Positions 13,926 through 28,108 of a stretch of DNA of 64,000 nt are shown here, piece after piece. Each line of letters opens with the position of its first letter. Position 1 is the first letter of the stretch. The DNA comes from Bigelowiella natans CCMP2755 (taxonomy: Eukaryota; Protista; Cercozoa): positions 1 through 64,000 of the forward strand of contig ADNK01000774.1 in assembly GCA_000320545.1 (NCBI GenBank), given 5' to 3'. A model generated the notes under the pieces. That model was not told where the DNA came from and made no database searches. It worked only from the letters and a program-made list of their open reading frames with translations. The translations under genes were made by a program, and so were the position numbers.

Positions 13926-15023
13926 TCACTACCGGAGGACAGGAGAAGTGCTTGATCGTTTACGAAAAATGTATGGTTTTACAATTGATTCCATGCTTCT
14001 TCGATTGTAGATCGATGAGGATGTTCTCTGCCAGCGGAGCCCCTGTGACAAGGTATCATTATCATAAGTCTTACTATATTAGCTATGGCGACCTGGTGTT
14101 GTAATGGTCAAGCCATTGCGGACTTACATCCACAACACAACACACACTACACATACACACACAATTGCCCTTTGCATCGCCACAATCTCCTGCACAGGAA
14201 AGAATTCCAGCGATTGGTCAAGATAGTATCAGGTTCAGTGCGGACAGTAGAAAAGTGGGTGGGAGGGGGGGGGGGGAAGCAGCAAGCATCAATAATGGTT
14301 CTTGTCTCTACTTTCCATCTTTCGCAACTTTATACAAATTACTTATCAATGACGAGTTCGTAAACTTGATTGTAGGCTACGAATTGTCCAACAATACGTT
14401 GAATATGGTGTTTTACCTGTACGATTCGGTAAGGATGTCCCGATTTAGTTGGAAGATCTTTCTCGTAGTAAGAAAATGATTTTCATTCACTTCCTCTGGA
14501 CAGTGCCAGGAATATCATTTGCATCCATCCTCGGCATTCTCTAAATTATACGATTTTGATGTCAATTATGGCGTTAAATTTTCATTTCCTCGAGAGAAAC
14601 AAGCGTTGAACAACTAGTGGATGATGCACTCTTCAACGCACAGGACAAATCTGGGACTTTGGACGAAGAGGAGTTTGGAGCGGCATTAGGTTGGTATTTT
14701 TTCCACATGGAATGATGTAGTACACTGATGCTACTTCATTTGCGCAAGCAGCACACTTTCAAGTAGTATGATTATTACGAAATCCTACTTTTCAGAAATG
14801 GCGACTGGAATGGGCCTTCAAAGACACAGAGATATTGGCATGACGCGTACGTAAAGAATATTTGAAGATGTAAGAGAGAATGCTATTGTAAACATGCATG
14901 GAACCTCCTTCTTCTTCGTCGTCTTCCTCAGAGATACTACCGCTGTAGCGTTCTTGATTCTTTGTTTGTGTAGGTATGGTAGATTGTATCCGAAAATGTC
15001 AAAGGAAGGCAAATTCCTACTGA
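9349..15023 (+). CDS. Mitochondrial calcium uptake protein (MICU1-like, EF-hand)
   Basis: YENRIRQ|MSNPHKIFDYFAS...MTPDDFVR|SIT; EYLLLTTLLAIPPDLFDVAFRMSDVNGDG (EF-hand); VFYLYDS|DKSGTLDEEEF (EF-hand); C-terminal DIGMTRMVDCIRKCQ...*. These match MICU1 family motifs. The N-terminus MAFSRMRAS looks like a mitochondrial presequence. Confidence 0.85.
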
Positions 15024-15280
15024 AACCAAAAGCATAATTTCTTGCAGTTTCAACAGTCTCTTAAAACTCCCATTGCTTTTCATTTACTGACCTAGAGATA
15101 TCATTAAGATATATACGACTAGCGAAACTCAGTAAGCAATGCATGTAAAGACCTGCTAGATATGTACGAATAAGACCCCATACATGCCGAGAGGGGGTTG
15201 GAATGGGACCCTGAACGAAGGTGGAATACTCAGCGCCGCCTGGATGTTACGTTTCTGATGTAGACTTTGTAGCCTGGTGT

Positions 15281-15509
15281 ATGAGACGGATGTAATGAAA
15301 TAATTACATTTTTTCAATTGTCATCCTAATGTAGCTATGCAGAGCGGCGGCTACAGCGTAGCCTGCTAGCCTGGTGCATGCCAGCCATGGAACAATAGGA
15401 GCTCCTTCATCAGCACAGGTAGACACCACGTATGTAGTGGATAACATATATGAGACGGATGTAATGAAGAATTAAATTTTTTCAATGGTCATCCTGATGT
15501 AGCTGTGCA
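15281..15509 (+). repeat. Two direct copies of a ~60-bp dispersed repeat
   Basis: 15281-15341 ATGAGACGGATGTAATGAAATAATTACATTTTTTCAATTGTCATCCTAATGTAGCTATGCA versus 15450-15509 ATGAGACGGATGTAATGAAGAATTAAATTTTTTCAATGGTCATCCTGATGTAGCTGTGCA. Confidence 0.9.
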
Positions 15510-16102
15510 ATGATAACATATATGCTGATAGGATGTACGCTATAGAGCCTTTATGGCCATATATAAATCCGCATCGCGGCGCGGGTATCACATTGTAGCA
15601 AGCATTCGTAGTCAGCTAGACAGCGATGAAAGCCAATTTTGTTGATCCTGCAGATCACCTAGCTCTAGAGCTAACTAGCCAGGCTTGCGCAGTGGAACAT
15701 ATAAGCACACAAGCAAGGCTAGAAGGCACATGACTATAACTACAACTGCGTTAGCGAGTCTAGTAGTAGTAATATTGCTTCGCGTCCAGCTAGCCAGATG
15801 TGATGTGCGAAGAAATCGCATGTAAGTACGTACAGGCTAGCAGGGTATGCACAGAGTGAACATGATATTTGATGTGCCAATCAAATAGAGGCATTGCATC
15901 ACATTGCACATCACATTACACATCACATTTGCCAGTCTAGCAGTCTAGCAGTACAAGTGTTATGTGTTGCACAATAAATGAAGCTGCCGGCGGACGAAGA
16001 GAGAAAATTTCTTGAGATCTTAGACGATTTAATAGATATCTTTTGTTGATCTCTTATCCACTTGCAATGAATGCCTCGATCAATGCTCGCTAACGGTCCT
16101 CT

Positions 16103-16594
16103 CTAACCTTTGCTCGAGGTCTCTGGCTTATCACTCTTCTTTGAAACTAATTTGTGTACCACTTGGTCGAAATATCTGGATACACATCAGAGATCAGAAA
16201 CAAGATTAAAGACGACGTTATACGCATACAACTGCAGCATCAGTAGCAGCAAATAAATGCTTGAGAGGAAAAATGCCATCAGCATGAGACCAGTCACGTA
16301 CTTTCCAGCATAATAACCAAAGTTTTCCTTCTTCGATGCACTCTTGAGCTGAAGCAATAAAGGTAGACAGTATCAGGATTAAAGACCTTCCTTGGAATGA
16401 AGTACCACTATATCTCCACAACCCAAAAAGCCAGTAACAACATTTCGAAAGGTGATTCACCTTCTGGAACATATTGTGAGAACTCATCTCTTCCAATGAG
16501 CGACATTTCAAAAGAGGAATTGTAGCCTGGGAGATTATGAATATTCAATCAGTAATGATGCAATATGAACTATCTCTTAACATTTGCGAGTGCT

Positions 16595-16646
<52 letters not shown>

Positions 16647-16654
16647 TGTGTGTG

Positions 16655-16695
<41 letters not shown>

Positions 16696-18567
16696 CACAA
16701 ACAAGGTAGTACACCGTCCTATTGTTTCAGCGCATATAATAATATAAATGTTGGAACAAACACCTATTATTATTACCTCTGCTAATTTTTTATAATAGAT
16801 CATTGTAGACTTCTCCCCGGACCTTAGATTGCATCAAATGTTTATCATGGTAAGGTAACGCTGCTGCTTTCCGTCGTATTCTTTCACCCCATCATCATCA
16901 TCATCATCATCTTCATCTTCATTATCATCATCATCATGACCATGAACCAATCGTCATCTTCGTCGTCTAATATCTAACACTACAGTTACTCTTCATTCTA
17001 CTATATTCTACTACTACTACTACAACTAACTACTACTACTGCTACTACTACTTCTACTACTACTATCACCACCAAACTCCGACAACCCTACCTTGCTAAA
17101 ACCGCATTCCTGAACCAGCTAAACTTCGGTGCTTGTTTCTCGTCTCGTAGAATCTGTGAGAAGGATGGATAAGATGGATGGGTAAGCTAAAAAAGGCATG
17201 AACGATAGGATTATTGTTCTCTTGGCTAATTGATATTCTAAAGCATAATGTCTTTGATATATACAGTGGAATAATGCGTTTTATTTGGTAGTTGTTATCA
17301 TGCATAATGACCATCATTACCTCTAGGTCTTCTTCATAGGTTGTACGAAACTTTTTGAGCTGTACATCTGCCTTCTCTTTAATCAGTGACAACGCTCGAA
17401 TCTCATTTTCCGCCTTGCAACACCATTGAAATACAAAAGACATCAAGAGTCTGTCAAGGTGACCAACTCTATTCTCCCCCCACACCCCCCCTCTCCTCCT
17501 CCTCCTCCTCCTCCTCCTCCTCCTCCTCCTTCCCACCTCTCATCACCCCTGTAAAGCTATCGAAGAAGGTGTAAATACTACAAAAACCCCATTACCGAAA
17601 TAGGTTCAAGGGAGGAATTGGATTCTAATGATGGAAGTGCTTCTAGCTCAGGCTTGCTCAAAACGCTGAGTCATAAGAAATCAAATCAAACACACAAACA
17701 CAAACACGAACACGCAAGCATATCACTGTTAGTAAAACCCGCGCTGCTCTCTGCCCCCTCCCCCCCCCTCACATAGTTCGCGGCTTCTCGGTGTTTTACA
17801 TTTTTATTGTTACATTGCTCTGGCATATGAGAATAATTCTTTGCCTCCCCGCGAGCTTCCACTCGCTTGTGTATCACAAGATACATCAATATACCTATGG
17901 CATTATACGTGTATAAAGGTTAGGACTTGTGGATGCAAACCCCTGCTTTCATTCTTGCAATCGGTCTTGTGTTTCAGTGTGGTGGCGGCTGATGATGATG
18001 ATGGTGTGATGATGATGATGATGATGATGATTGCGATTCTCATTACTTGTGTTTTCCATCGTTGTAGTCGTACGCACACTTCGATATGTGCAAGCTATCA
18101 AGGCCGGGAACATCTAATCCTGGAAGAAAGGGTGATTGTAGGTCAGATGAGGAGACGAATGCTTGGTGATGTGGGGGGATATGAGGAATGGCTAATCCTT
18201 CCATGTATCTGAATCGATTGCTGTTCAGAATGATATTAGTTACAATAGATGACGAAATGAGATGGATACTGATATAGATGATTTCCCCCCTGCCATTGGA
18301 CTTCGGATGAGTCGTCGCAGAGGAAACGTCATCATCTGTATCATTGACAATTGATCTTCTTCTTGTATATTCGTTGAAATGCATTGACAAATCGTCGTAC
18401 TACCGTTAATATTCTTCAGAGGAAGAGCTAATCTTGCCTAGAATAACAATTCGAAAGAGCAATTGATGATGATGATGATGATGATATGATGAGGATGGGG
18501 ATGATATTAGCTAGGTCTGATCAAGCAAGATTATTCACTGTATAACAATGCAGTAATCACCACGACA

Positions 18568-18602
<35 letters not shown>

Positions 18603-18822
18603 TACTACCTGGTTCCAGTTATTCTGTTCAACACAGAACCCATAGACCTGCCATCATCAGAAAGAAAGAAAGAAAGATAGTAATAATCACCCAGTAGCAC
18701 ATGAATGAATGAATGAATGAATAATAGGGTTGGCCGCCACATATTATGTTGGTGGTGCATATTCCCCTCTTCACTCAGACGAACTACTGGAACTACTGGG
18801 ACTATTACTATTTACTACTACG

Positions 18823-18854
<32 letters not shown>

Positions 18855-19469
18855 CGGGAGGAAAGAGTCGTTTCCTTTGTTACCATACGTATCTGTAAGC
18901 ATTTGATCTTTGCCGACGTCGCGCACTACTCGGACTGTAAATCCGGTCTGCGATTGACGATCATGTGCGCGCGAGTGAGTGATGATGAATACTATGAGAA
19001 TACATAACTGGTAATTTAGCAATACTGCTTGGATCAGTCAACGGATAGACAGACATATCGTATTATCTAGTAGAGCATGTACTGCTCAAAGGCGAGGGAC
19101 CATCATCACGTATCGTACTACTTTCTTGTCGTTGTAATCCCAGCGAGTTGGACGAGTAAAATCATGATTTGCCATGTCTAAGAAGTAAGAAGAAGGAGGA
19201 GACGCAATGAGGGAGTTTGTGAGTGGGTGTTCGAACAGAAAAAGGGAAGGAATATGATGAAAATAATGATATATCAACATATAAAAGTGTCTTAGTTCAT
19301 CGTGTATGTTGACAAAGGACGCGCCTTCTCAGGAACCACAAAGTTCATAATTATTTATTATTTTAATGCTTGACTGCGAGGAGGAGGGGGAGGAGGAGGG
19401 CACAACCTGCGAGAGGCACCATCATCGTTTCTGCTGCGCCATGCTCGGTACAGCCAAATGTTCTGTGCG

Positions 19470-19515
<46 letters not shown>

Positions 19516-20950
19516 CGCACACACGCACACACGCACGCATACGAATACGAATACGGACACAGATATTATGTTCTCATCGGCAAATAAACACATCTTAATT
19601 TCAAACAAAGTATTGAGTAGTACCTAGTTAAGACTGTGAAACGAGCCCACTTGAAGTCTTCTAAGGTCCATTCTGAATCCTAGCGATAATGACCCAAATT
19701 AAGCGATGAAAGATTAATAATGATCTCAATTTTCGAACTAAAAGTGGTTATATTCTTTGTTGTACCTTTACAACGCTGACATTTTTAATTTTATTCCACA
19801 TTTCATGGATATTCTCTAACACCCCGTCTGTTTTCCCTAGAGTCTTTGTAAATTCCAGCTAGACCAATCGATCGAGCAGCAAAACGATTTAAATTAGCAA
19901 GAATAATTCGATTTGAGTACTACGAGGGAACATCAAACCTCTCTTCTTTGCTTCTCATTCCAATACTGAGGCATTCCCTGCTCTGCGTAATCGGTTGGTA
20001 GTACCTTCCCAAAAAAAAATGATGGTTAAGAAAACTAAAATAGGAGACGTTTTTCTTTAAGACCTCGAGCCACGGATAGAAAAATGATTGTTTCCCAAGC
20101 GTTTTCTCTGTGAGTATTCGCACGGCTAGATACGTGTGGTTCGATATCCAACCTGATGTCTTGAGTATTTGTTTGGGGCAAAATCAGTTTTGTTGATAAA
20201 CTAGTTCCGATCATTTTGTGTCAGCTACCTCCTTCCGTATAGCTTGGCCGACTTTTGAGCGCTTACCATCGCTTATAGCGATGATACATTTACGCGGTAT
20301 GAAAATTGCTTCTTCACCTTTCTCTAAAGATGACTTAGTTTTTAAGTCACGGCCCTCTGTTTAAGAAGAAATTCATGCAAGTTGTAATGGAGAATTTAAG
20401 ACTGTTGAAGGGAATCGAAGGAATGCGAGATCTTTGAGAATGCCCTTAGTGATCTTTTTATTTTTCAAGTTGAGGCATTTCATGAAAACGGATGCTATGA
20501 CGCATGGCAAATACTAGCCAAATATTATTTCATCCCAGGCATCAACGAATTACCGTCTGCGTAGCGGTTTATCGTGACTTTGTGGAAGCGAGCGCCGTTC
20601 CGCTTAAGCCAAACTTCCAGGCGCTCTGTACGGCGTTGGAACTCATCATCTGTGATAACCTTCGAATCATCGTTTTTATTTCCGACTCCATTGGAGTATG
20701 TTTGTTCACTCTTGAGGTTTTCCAGGCCGGGGACGTCAGCCCGTCCATCCGCCATTGTCATCAGCCCCGTTCTGAAGGTGACTGTTGGATTCCTTCCTTG
20801 TCGCATATTGTGGATGCATGTCATTCTTTGCACTTGTGCTCCTGGATTCTTTTCGACCGTGCGACAAGGCAAGTCAGTCGCCGTATTAGTTATGAAGGCA
20901 TTGTAATTGTTGTCGAGGCATGTGATAGTGCAAATGACTCCTAGAATCAA
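16103..20950 (-). CDS. SET-domain lysine methyltransferase (Rubisco LSMT/SETD3-like) with substrate-binding domain
   Basis: LEVWLKRNGA, GRDLKTKSSLEKGEEAIFIPRKCII, LAVRILTEK...SFFYPWLE|VLP, FKWARFTVLTR|TF, MVPLA|DMANH, NEIRALSLIKEKADVQLKKFRTTYEED. The start codon is uncertain (possibly about 20760). Confidence 0.85.
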
Positions 20951-22308
20951 GCTGTCATCACGTGTTGTTCAACCACAAGGTGTCTGCAATACGACAGACA
21001 GAAGGTGGATAGCGCTGGTTCAAATTTGAACCGGTTTTAACCCAACATTATTAATATAACCTGCAGCAAGAAATCTACCTATTTCTGGATATCCGCATCC
21101 ACCACTCTGAAAATTTCAGCATGATAAAATCGAGGGTTTCTATTCTGACGACAATCTAACGGATGGCCAAAGCGTGTCTGTGGGGACCGAAATTCGTCGG
21201 GCTTCACGACTTTTAGGCCTAAAAAAACTTCTGGCACGCTCAAGCACAATTTCCCATTCGAATCTTTCCAGACAAACACAACGAACATTCACGCAAATCT
21301 GACCTTCTTTTGAATGAATTCGACATTTTCGACCTCTTTCAACCCATAAATCCCCTCATTCCCAGAACCATAAGCATTTCGGCTGCAGAAATCAAGGCTT
21401 GAGCAACATTCAGAAATAAATTCATGGACGATTTCCCAAGCGTATACATCAATTGCCGTTCTTTAAATATTTGCGACAATTATCATTGGGTTTCTTTAAG
21501 TAAAGATTTAATATGATTCCACATGACACAAGGAAAATAACCGCCCTACGGTTGTATTTTGAATCTGACTTTCCACCCTTTTCAACACAGAAAGAGAGAC
21601 CGAAAGAGAGTTGGAGAGAAAGATAAACTCGATAAAGTGAGGAATTGTCAAGTCTTATCGAAGAATATCGTAGAAAAAGTGGCTTATCATTCGGTTCTTG
21701 GAGCCGTCTCAGCTGAGAGATAGGAAGAAGAGAAATAAGCATCGGGGTCCATTAGCTCCATCTCAACCCTGCTTAAGCAATCACCCACCCGCATGCAGAG
21801 ATAGCACGCTGCTCCACCTCTTCACTACGATACACCACTCTAGATCGAAGAGACTTCCTACATACCAATTGTCTGTCTCCTCTCCGAAAGTCAGCTTCGA
21901 AAATGAATAAAAATCCATTGAATCTCAAAAAAGTGATAAGGTGAAACGCATTCTCGGCGGAGATTTGGCAGGGTCACAAGCATAGGCGCGTTGAGTGTCC
22001 CGACTGAAAGACAATCTTTAGAACAACAAAGGGTACACCAAGTGCTCGTAATCTAGGTGGTTTATAGACTGTTAAAGGTAATAAATGAGTATTTTGGGGG
22101 CGGGGTTTCGGTGCATAGAAAAGTTCTACATATCTTGGGAAAGATTCACAAATTAACTCCTTAAAGATGTAATCATGTGCTAACATGCTTACAGTACGTC
22201 TAGCATCAATTCCCAATTCATGTTCACCTGGCAACATACTCCCAAGATGATATTACAGAGGTGAAAGCCATGTAATTTATGAACTATGTTCAACGCAGGA
22301 TTGGCAAA

Positions 22309-25300
22309 ATGGAGGATGTAAAATCTAGCTCAAACGGTAACATCTGTATTCTAATACATGTAATTTCAACATTCGCATCTGGAGTTTCTGGAATTTGCAT
22401 CTGGAGTTTGCATCGGATATGTCGATTATGCGAGCAATCTTTCATTTGTCTTATCGTTCGACAGGGCGTGAAAAGGGCAAGGTCCAGAAAGAAGGCCTTG
22501 CTATTACCTCTCTTACTCCATCTCCAAAGAATAGATCCGAAATCCATGGCAGAAGTACATTTTAACCTATCTTATGATTAATGCTCCCCTCTAAATCCAA
22601 GTTTTAACTTTTTCAGAACGACACGCCACCCGACCAGAAAGGGTGCGGAAGGTAAATTGTGCAACAGAGTATTCTTTTGTTTTGTTGTCATTGTACTTGT
22701 AATATGATCATCGTGGCTGTCGTATTGTTTTCGGCAATGTGAAAATCAATTTCTCCTTTCCCAGCGTCCCCTCCGCTACGCACAGTCCCCTGATGCCGAC
22801 GACATATCATCGCCTTCTCAACTGGTCGGAGGACAAAAGAAACGGACGGTATACAAGATATGACGCTTTAGTATGCTCATTGTTCTGTTATGTATGCGTG
22901 GCTTTCTCCTTATCCCAAAGCATTTACTTTCTTGGCATTCATGGAAAAATCTTGAAACTTTGAAGCGTGTCGTAACTGGGGGAATGCTTGTCGTTCTTTT
23001 TCTATGCTACCTGTAGCGGACGAAGGGTGGAAAGGTTTCTGGAGGAAAAACTGCTGGCCAATTGAAGGGAAAACCTTCTGGTCATCATAATAGAAGGCAG
23101 TCTGCTGGTAGTGGAGAATTAAGTGAAAATAGACGGAAGGGGCGTCCAAAGAGGAAGGTATCATTTCCATATTTCTTTAGGAGTACATGATTCGTTTCTA
23201 AGAAATATTTTTTATTTTCAGCCCAAGGACGGGGGTAGAGGTAAACGAGCTGTCGCAAACCCATATACTCATGGGTAAGACTAAACAGGAAAACATGCCG
23301 CAATTGAAGAAATATTCTCATTCTTGCATTTACTAGGCACAAACAATCTAATTCTGGAACACTCAAGGTAAATTTAACAATTAAAACATTTCCTTGTGAG
23401 ATTCCTGACAATCTTGTATCAGATGGCACCACCGAAGTTGTTACAAGCTAGCCAAAAAAGTCTTGAAATTTACTGCCCTGTTCCGAAAATTGAGGGCGTG
23501 GAAAAGTATTCGAAGGTCGAAATTCAACAGTACTCTCTCAATCCCAAGGTGAAGTTTTTAGCAGTTTCAAGTTTCCTAAAGTTTCATTCTGAGCAGTGGA
23601 ATTGTTGTGTATAGCTTCCAAACCAACGGACAGAGTGGGCGAATACAGCCGTACTTGATGCAAACTCGGTACAACATCCGCTTCATGGGTTGATAAACGA
23701 CGACCTAAGTTCCTCCTTTTTTTTGCAGGCTCAGAGAGTGGTAGTGAGCGGTCTCACTGGAAATACTACATATTACTTTCGGTACGTCAGATTGATGCAT
23801 TTGAAGGCCAGTTTATAAACATGAAATCGTGGAACAACTTCCAGGTGCAGGGGATTCCGGGATGAAAATGACAAATGGGGACCGTTTTCAGCCAAGGTAT
23901 AGTATTCTAAACATAATATCACAGATGTATCATCGAAATTTTGACTTATTTCCCTGATGATATGAAAAGTCGGTTGCAATGCTCACGAAACATGGACAAA
24001 GAAAACGATCTGGGCAATCCAGTGATGGGTGAGAATATGCGCACAATTATGCATTGAAAAAAAAAGATTCATAGTAACAGCAAGAAGTGTGAAAATTAAC
24101 ATGTTCCATGTTGGCCTGCTATGTTCTTGATTAGCACCCATCCAGCAAAGAAGACTAGGGTAGGTGCTGCAAAACCAGGACAACCAAGGTTGGTATGAAA
24201 TGAAAAGAACCAAAAATGCATTCCAACTGATTCTTCAAAATTCGTTCCAGGCCTCCGATATGTGTGAGACGGACGCCTACAACAATTACTATTGCATGGT
24301 AACCTCTAAGCCCAATGATCATCCAAGCATTGTAAGTACCTTTGTATGTATGATGTATTTTGATTACAGGTCTGCACCAAAAGACACGGGCAGGATGCAG
24401 TTAGATAGCTTCCAGGTTCAAAAACGAATGTTCCCTGAGAATAAAACCGACTCGAAGGTATTTCTGATTCTTACCATGATTTAATTTTGAGAGATGAAGA
24501 GAAAGACTAATCGGTATTATGCATATCCAGGTTACAAACTGGGTAGATATTTTCAGTAGGCATGGATTCGATGGAAAGATGTATGAAGTGACAGGTTAAG
24601 AAGAATTGATGCTAATGCGATTAATAATGGATGACGATGGTAAACCTGTTGTATTATAATAATGACAGGGCTAAAGCCCAACACTGTATTACAATTTCGA
24701 GTCAAAGGCAGGAATAATCTTGGATGGGTACTCCACAAACATTCTGATATATCTATTCAACCCAATAATAATCTTACGAACTTTTTTTAGGGTAAATATT
24801 CGGGGGCTTCCGACCCATTCACCACGCTTAAAGATAGTAGCCGTGAATTTAAGGTTAGAATTTACAATTTTTTCGATTGATGTAGGCCTGATTCTACGAT
24901 TTCTTTAGGCTCCTTCGGTTCCTGATGATAAATATAGCATTGTCCTCGACGTGGATGATATAAGAGTAAGTCATCAAATTGACCAAAATTTACATCCCTA
25001 GAAATTGTATAGAGCGGTAGGTAAAATGGAAGGTTGAGGGGTTAAGATGTGAAGCGCTTGACCGCGAGTGCAGTTTGGTGGTTTATGGCTCAGTGATTGT
25101 TTGATTACGTATTATTTCAGTACGACGAACAGAAAGTTCGGTTGGGTAGGGGTTCTTTTGGGGTTGTCTATCGGAGTGCGGTTGGTGGTTATCGTGGGAC
25201 AACGGTATGTCGCTATCATTAATCACTAACATCAATCAGATATATCATCATCTTAATTGCGATGAAGAAGAAGATGATGATGATGATGGTGATGATGTCT

Positions 25301-26687
25301 TGCGACTACTACTCAGGTCGCTGTGAAGGTGGAGACGCAGATGTACGAAGAGAGCGACACAGGTGAGATGATGATCATTGATACTCGTACTACTTCGTTT
25401 GATTTAAGGCCTTCCCTAAATAATTCGCGCTTATATTAGATGCAGACGATCAACTGAAGGACTGGTTCAGAGAAGTCAAAATTCTCGCTTGCCTCCGGCA
25501 TCCAAATTTGGTGATCACATAATACACCACTAGATCTTACCAGTTGTTTCGATTTTCATGACATGGCATTTTGTCAAATTAGGTATTGTACATGGGTGCT
25601 TGCAGAGCTCATGGAAGAAGATACATTGTGACGGAGTACATGGGGGGGGGTTCTCTAGCTTGTGCCTTGCATACATCTGCTGTTCCTTTAACTGAGAAGG
25701 TGAAGACCTACCAATCTATACCAACTAAAAATTGTAGTAATAAAATGTGATTTTTATATCACTTTCTTCCTCGATTGACATGATCTCATCAGTGGCGGAT
25801 CACAAGCATTTTGACTCAAGTTGCAAGTGCTATGGCTTACTTGCACTCAAATAACGTAATACGAATTTGTTGGAAATATCATCGTGGAGGTACTTCAGAT
25901 CTTACACCGCAAATCTTTCTTTGTTCAGCCTGAGATTACCCACCGAGACTTGAAACCCGCCAATGTTCTTCTTGACAAGACATGGACTCATGCGAAGGTC
26001 TTTCTTGGCATACACACGCACACATAACACACATATCAAGACCTCTGCGAAGCATTAACTGGGACTTTTTCTCGTTCAGGTTTGCGACTTCGGCCTTGCA
26101 AGGATGCATACGTATGACTTACTGACCTTAACATTTCAGAAATAAGAGGCTCCAAATGATGTGAGAATATATTCTACCGTAGGCAATCGATCATGTCCAC
26201 CCTTACGAAGTTTGCGGGGACTGCGCCCTACATGCCTCCTGAAGCCTTGGTAACAGTTCTCTTTTTATTCTAAGAAAACATTTTCCTTATGATTTTCACC
26301 TACCTGTAGGATGAGGTTGACGTGACCGGTAAGGTCGACGTCTATAGCTTTGGAATTATGACTGCGGAGACACTTTTAAAGTAATAACTTCTCGAAATGA
26401 TGATGATGATGGTTTAGCGTAGATAGATCGTAACGTCTAGTGCGCTACTCAGGGAGGTACCTTGGAAGGATATGTCATCATCAGCCATTGTGAAGGCCGT
26501 CTGTCTGCAAAACAGGTTAGAAGAAAAGTATCTTCAGGACGCATAAAATAATGTTTGTGTTTCATCTGATTGATATAAATTTTGCGCCGTTCAATTCGTA
26601 GACGTCCATTCGAACTGGAAAAATTCGAAGAACCTGTTGGAAAATTAATTTTCCAATGTTGGGATAAAGATCCACTCAGCAGGTTTA

Positions 26688-26758
<71 letters not shown>

Positions 26759-26857
26759 TCGTTTATTTATTTACATTCATGCCGATTTTGGTGTTATTGC
26801 AGGCCAAGTTTTGATGATATTCTGAAGATACTAAGTAAACTAGGATGGGCAACTTAA
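22309..26857 (+). CDS. Tyrosine-kinase-like (TKL) protein kinase with two fibronectin type III domains and a basic low-complexity N-terminus
   Basis: FN3: VVVSGLTGNTTYYFR, TTITIAW|SAPKDTG, GLKPNTVLQFRVKGRNNLGW|GKYS. Kinase: LGRGSFGVVY, VAVK, REVKILACLRHPNL|VLYMG, HRDLKPANVLL, DFGLAR, GTAPYMPPE, DVYSFG, CWDKDPLSR|PSF. Start approximate. Confidence 0.9.
26690..26755. repeat. Intronic (CA)n(TA)n compound microsatellite
   Basis: Directly visible in the last intron of the kinase gene. Confidence 0.95.
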
Positions 26858-28108
26858 GAACTTGATTCTTTCGGATTAAATGTAGACCTTCCTGAAAAGG
26901 ATTCTCATATTAATACCGGGCTCCAATCTTAATGAAGTCCATCCCTAGCACCCAAGCCCAATTCACGACACTCGAATCATCCTATTTGTTGAGGTTTGAA
27001 ATTTCAATTACAGAGAGAAATAAGGCTGAAGTGGTCATTTGATCCCTGTATTCTCAAGAGTATGCAATAATGTTTCGCATCTTCATTGTGTACATTTCTT
27101 GTATTTGTATCATCTGAAACAACAACTCGAGCACCTAGCATCCAAATGTAGGTGATAAAGAATGAAACACAATTGAATCTCGAACGTGCAAATATCGTAT
27201 ACATGTTTTATATTATGTGCTACGCAACGCGTATCTACGCGAGCTACGCTACGCATGTGCGGAAGCTCTGTCTGTTGCATTACGACGCAGCGCTGATAGC
27301 TGAGCCCTCGTTTATATCTAAATATTGCAGGCTCTGCCTAGTCATATGTGTCGTGCATGCGTATGCTAGCGTGTGCTTGTGCTAGTGTGCCCAGTATTTG
27401 TATTTACTGCTCTAGTGCCATGCATATGAGACGGATGTAATCTTATCTAGTTATACGTAGCAGCAAGGTTGCAGCATGATGATCTTATATTCTTGTCGCA
27501 TTATTAATATTTTTTTTATGGAGATGTTTACCTCACATTATCTGACATTACGTCAGTCCACATTTGTTGGGTTGAACGATTCTCTATAATAGTCTATGAT
27601 ACAAGTTTATAGATTTGATCTAGGGAAGCCTATACTCCCACTGGTAATAGTGATTAGTAATACACTGACTGACACCTTTGGCATATATATCATATTTCTA
27701 GAAATTGCATTGAATGGATTCTACGAATTTAAGTTCTGCGAACATCGTTGTTCAGATGTGAAGATGTAGGTTGTGCTCTATGGGTGAGCATAGTACGGTA
27801 CCGTCCTTCATGGGTGTTGACACAAAGTCTCTTGTAGTTAATAAGAATCAGGAATCGAGAACCATCGTACGTTGAGTAGTATATTTTTATTCCGTTGGAA
27901 TTATGAAATCGACACTCAATGATGAGTGACATTAGAAACAACAGAACAACACATGACAGCAATATTCTCTACAACGAATGGATGAAGTTCTTCCCGCAAC
28001 CTCAGATTACTATTGGACTCCATTTCAGGACATCATAGCAACCATCCTGCAACGAATTCAGGAAGGATCTGTCTCACATTGATCGTGATTCGTGACCCCG
28101 TCAGGTTG

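Noticed and set aside
15281-15540. CRISPR-like or tRNA/SINE interpretation of the repeats
   Set aside because: Only two degenerate local copies in a eukaryotic context, with no cas genes, cloverleaf or A/B boxes.
23091-23132. Possible GC-AG intron in the kinase gene
   Set aside because: The frame reads through openly (HNRRQSAGSGELSENRRKGRP), so no intron is needed.
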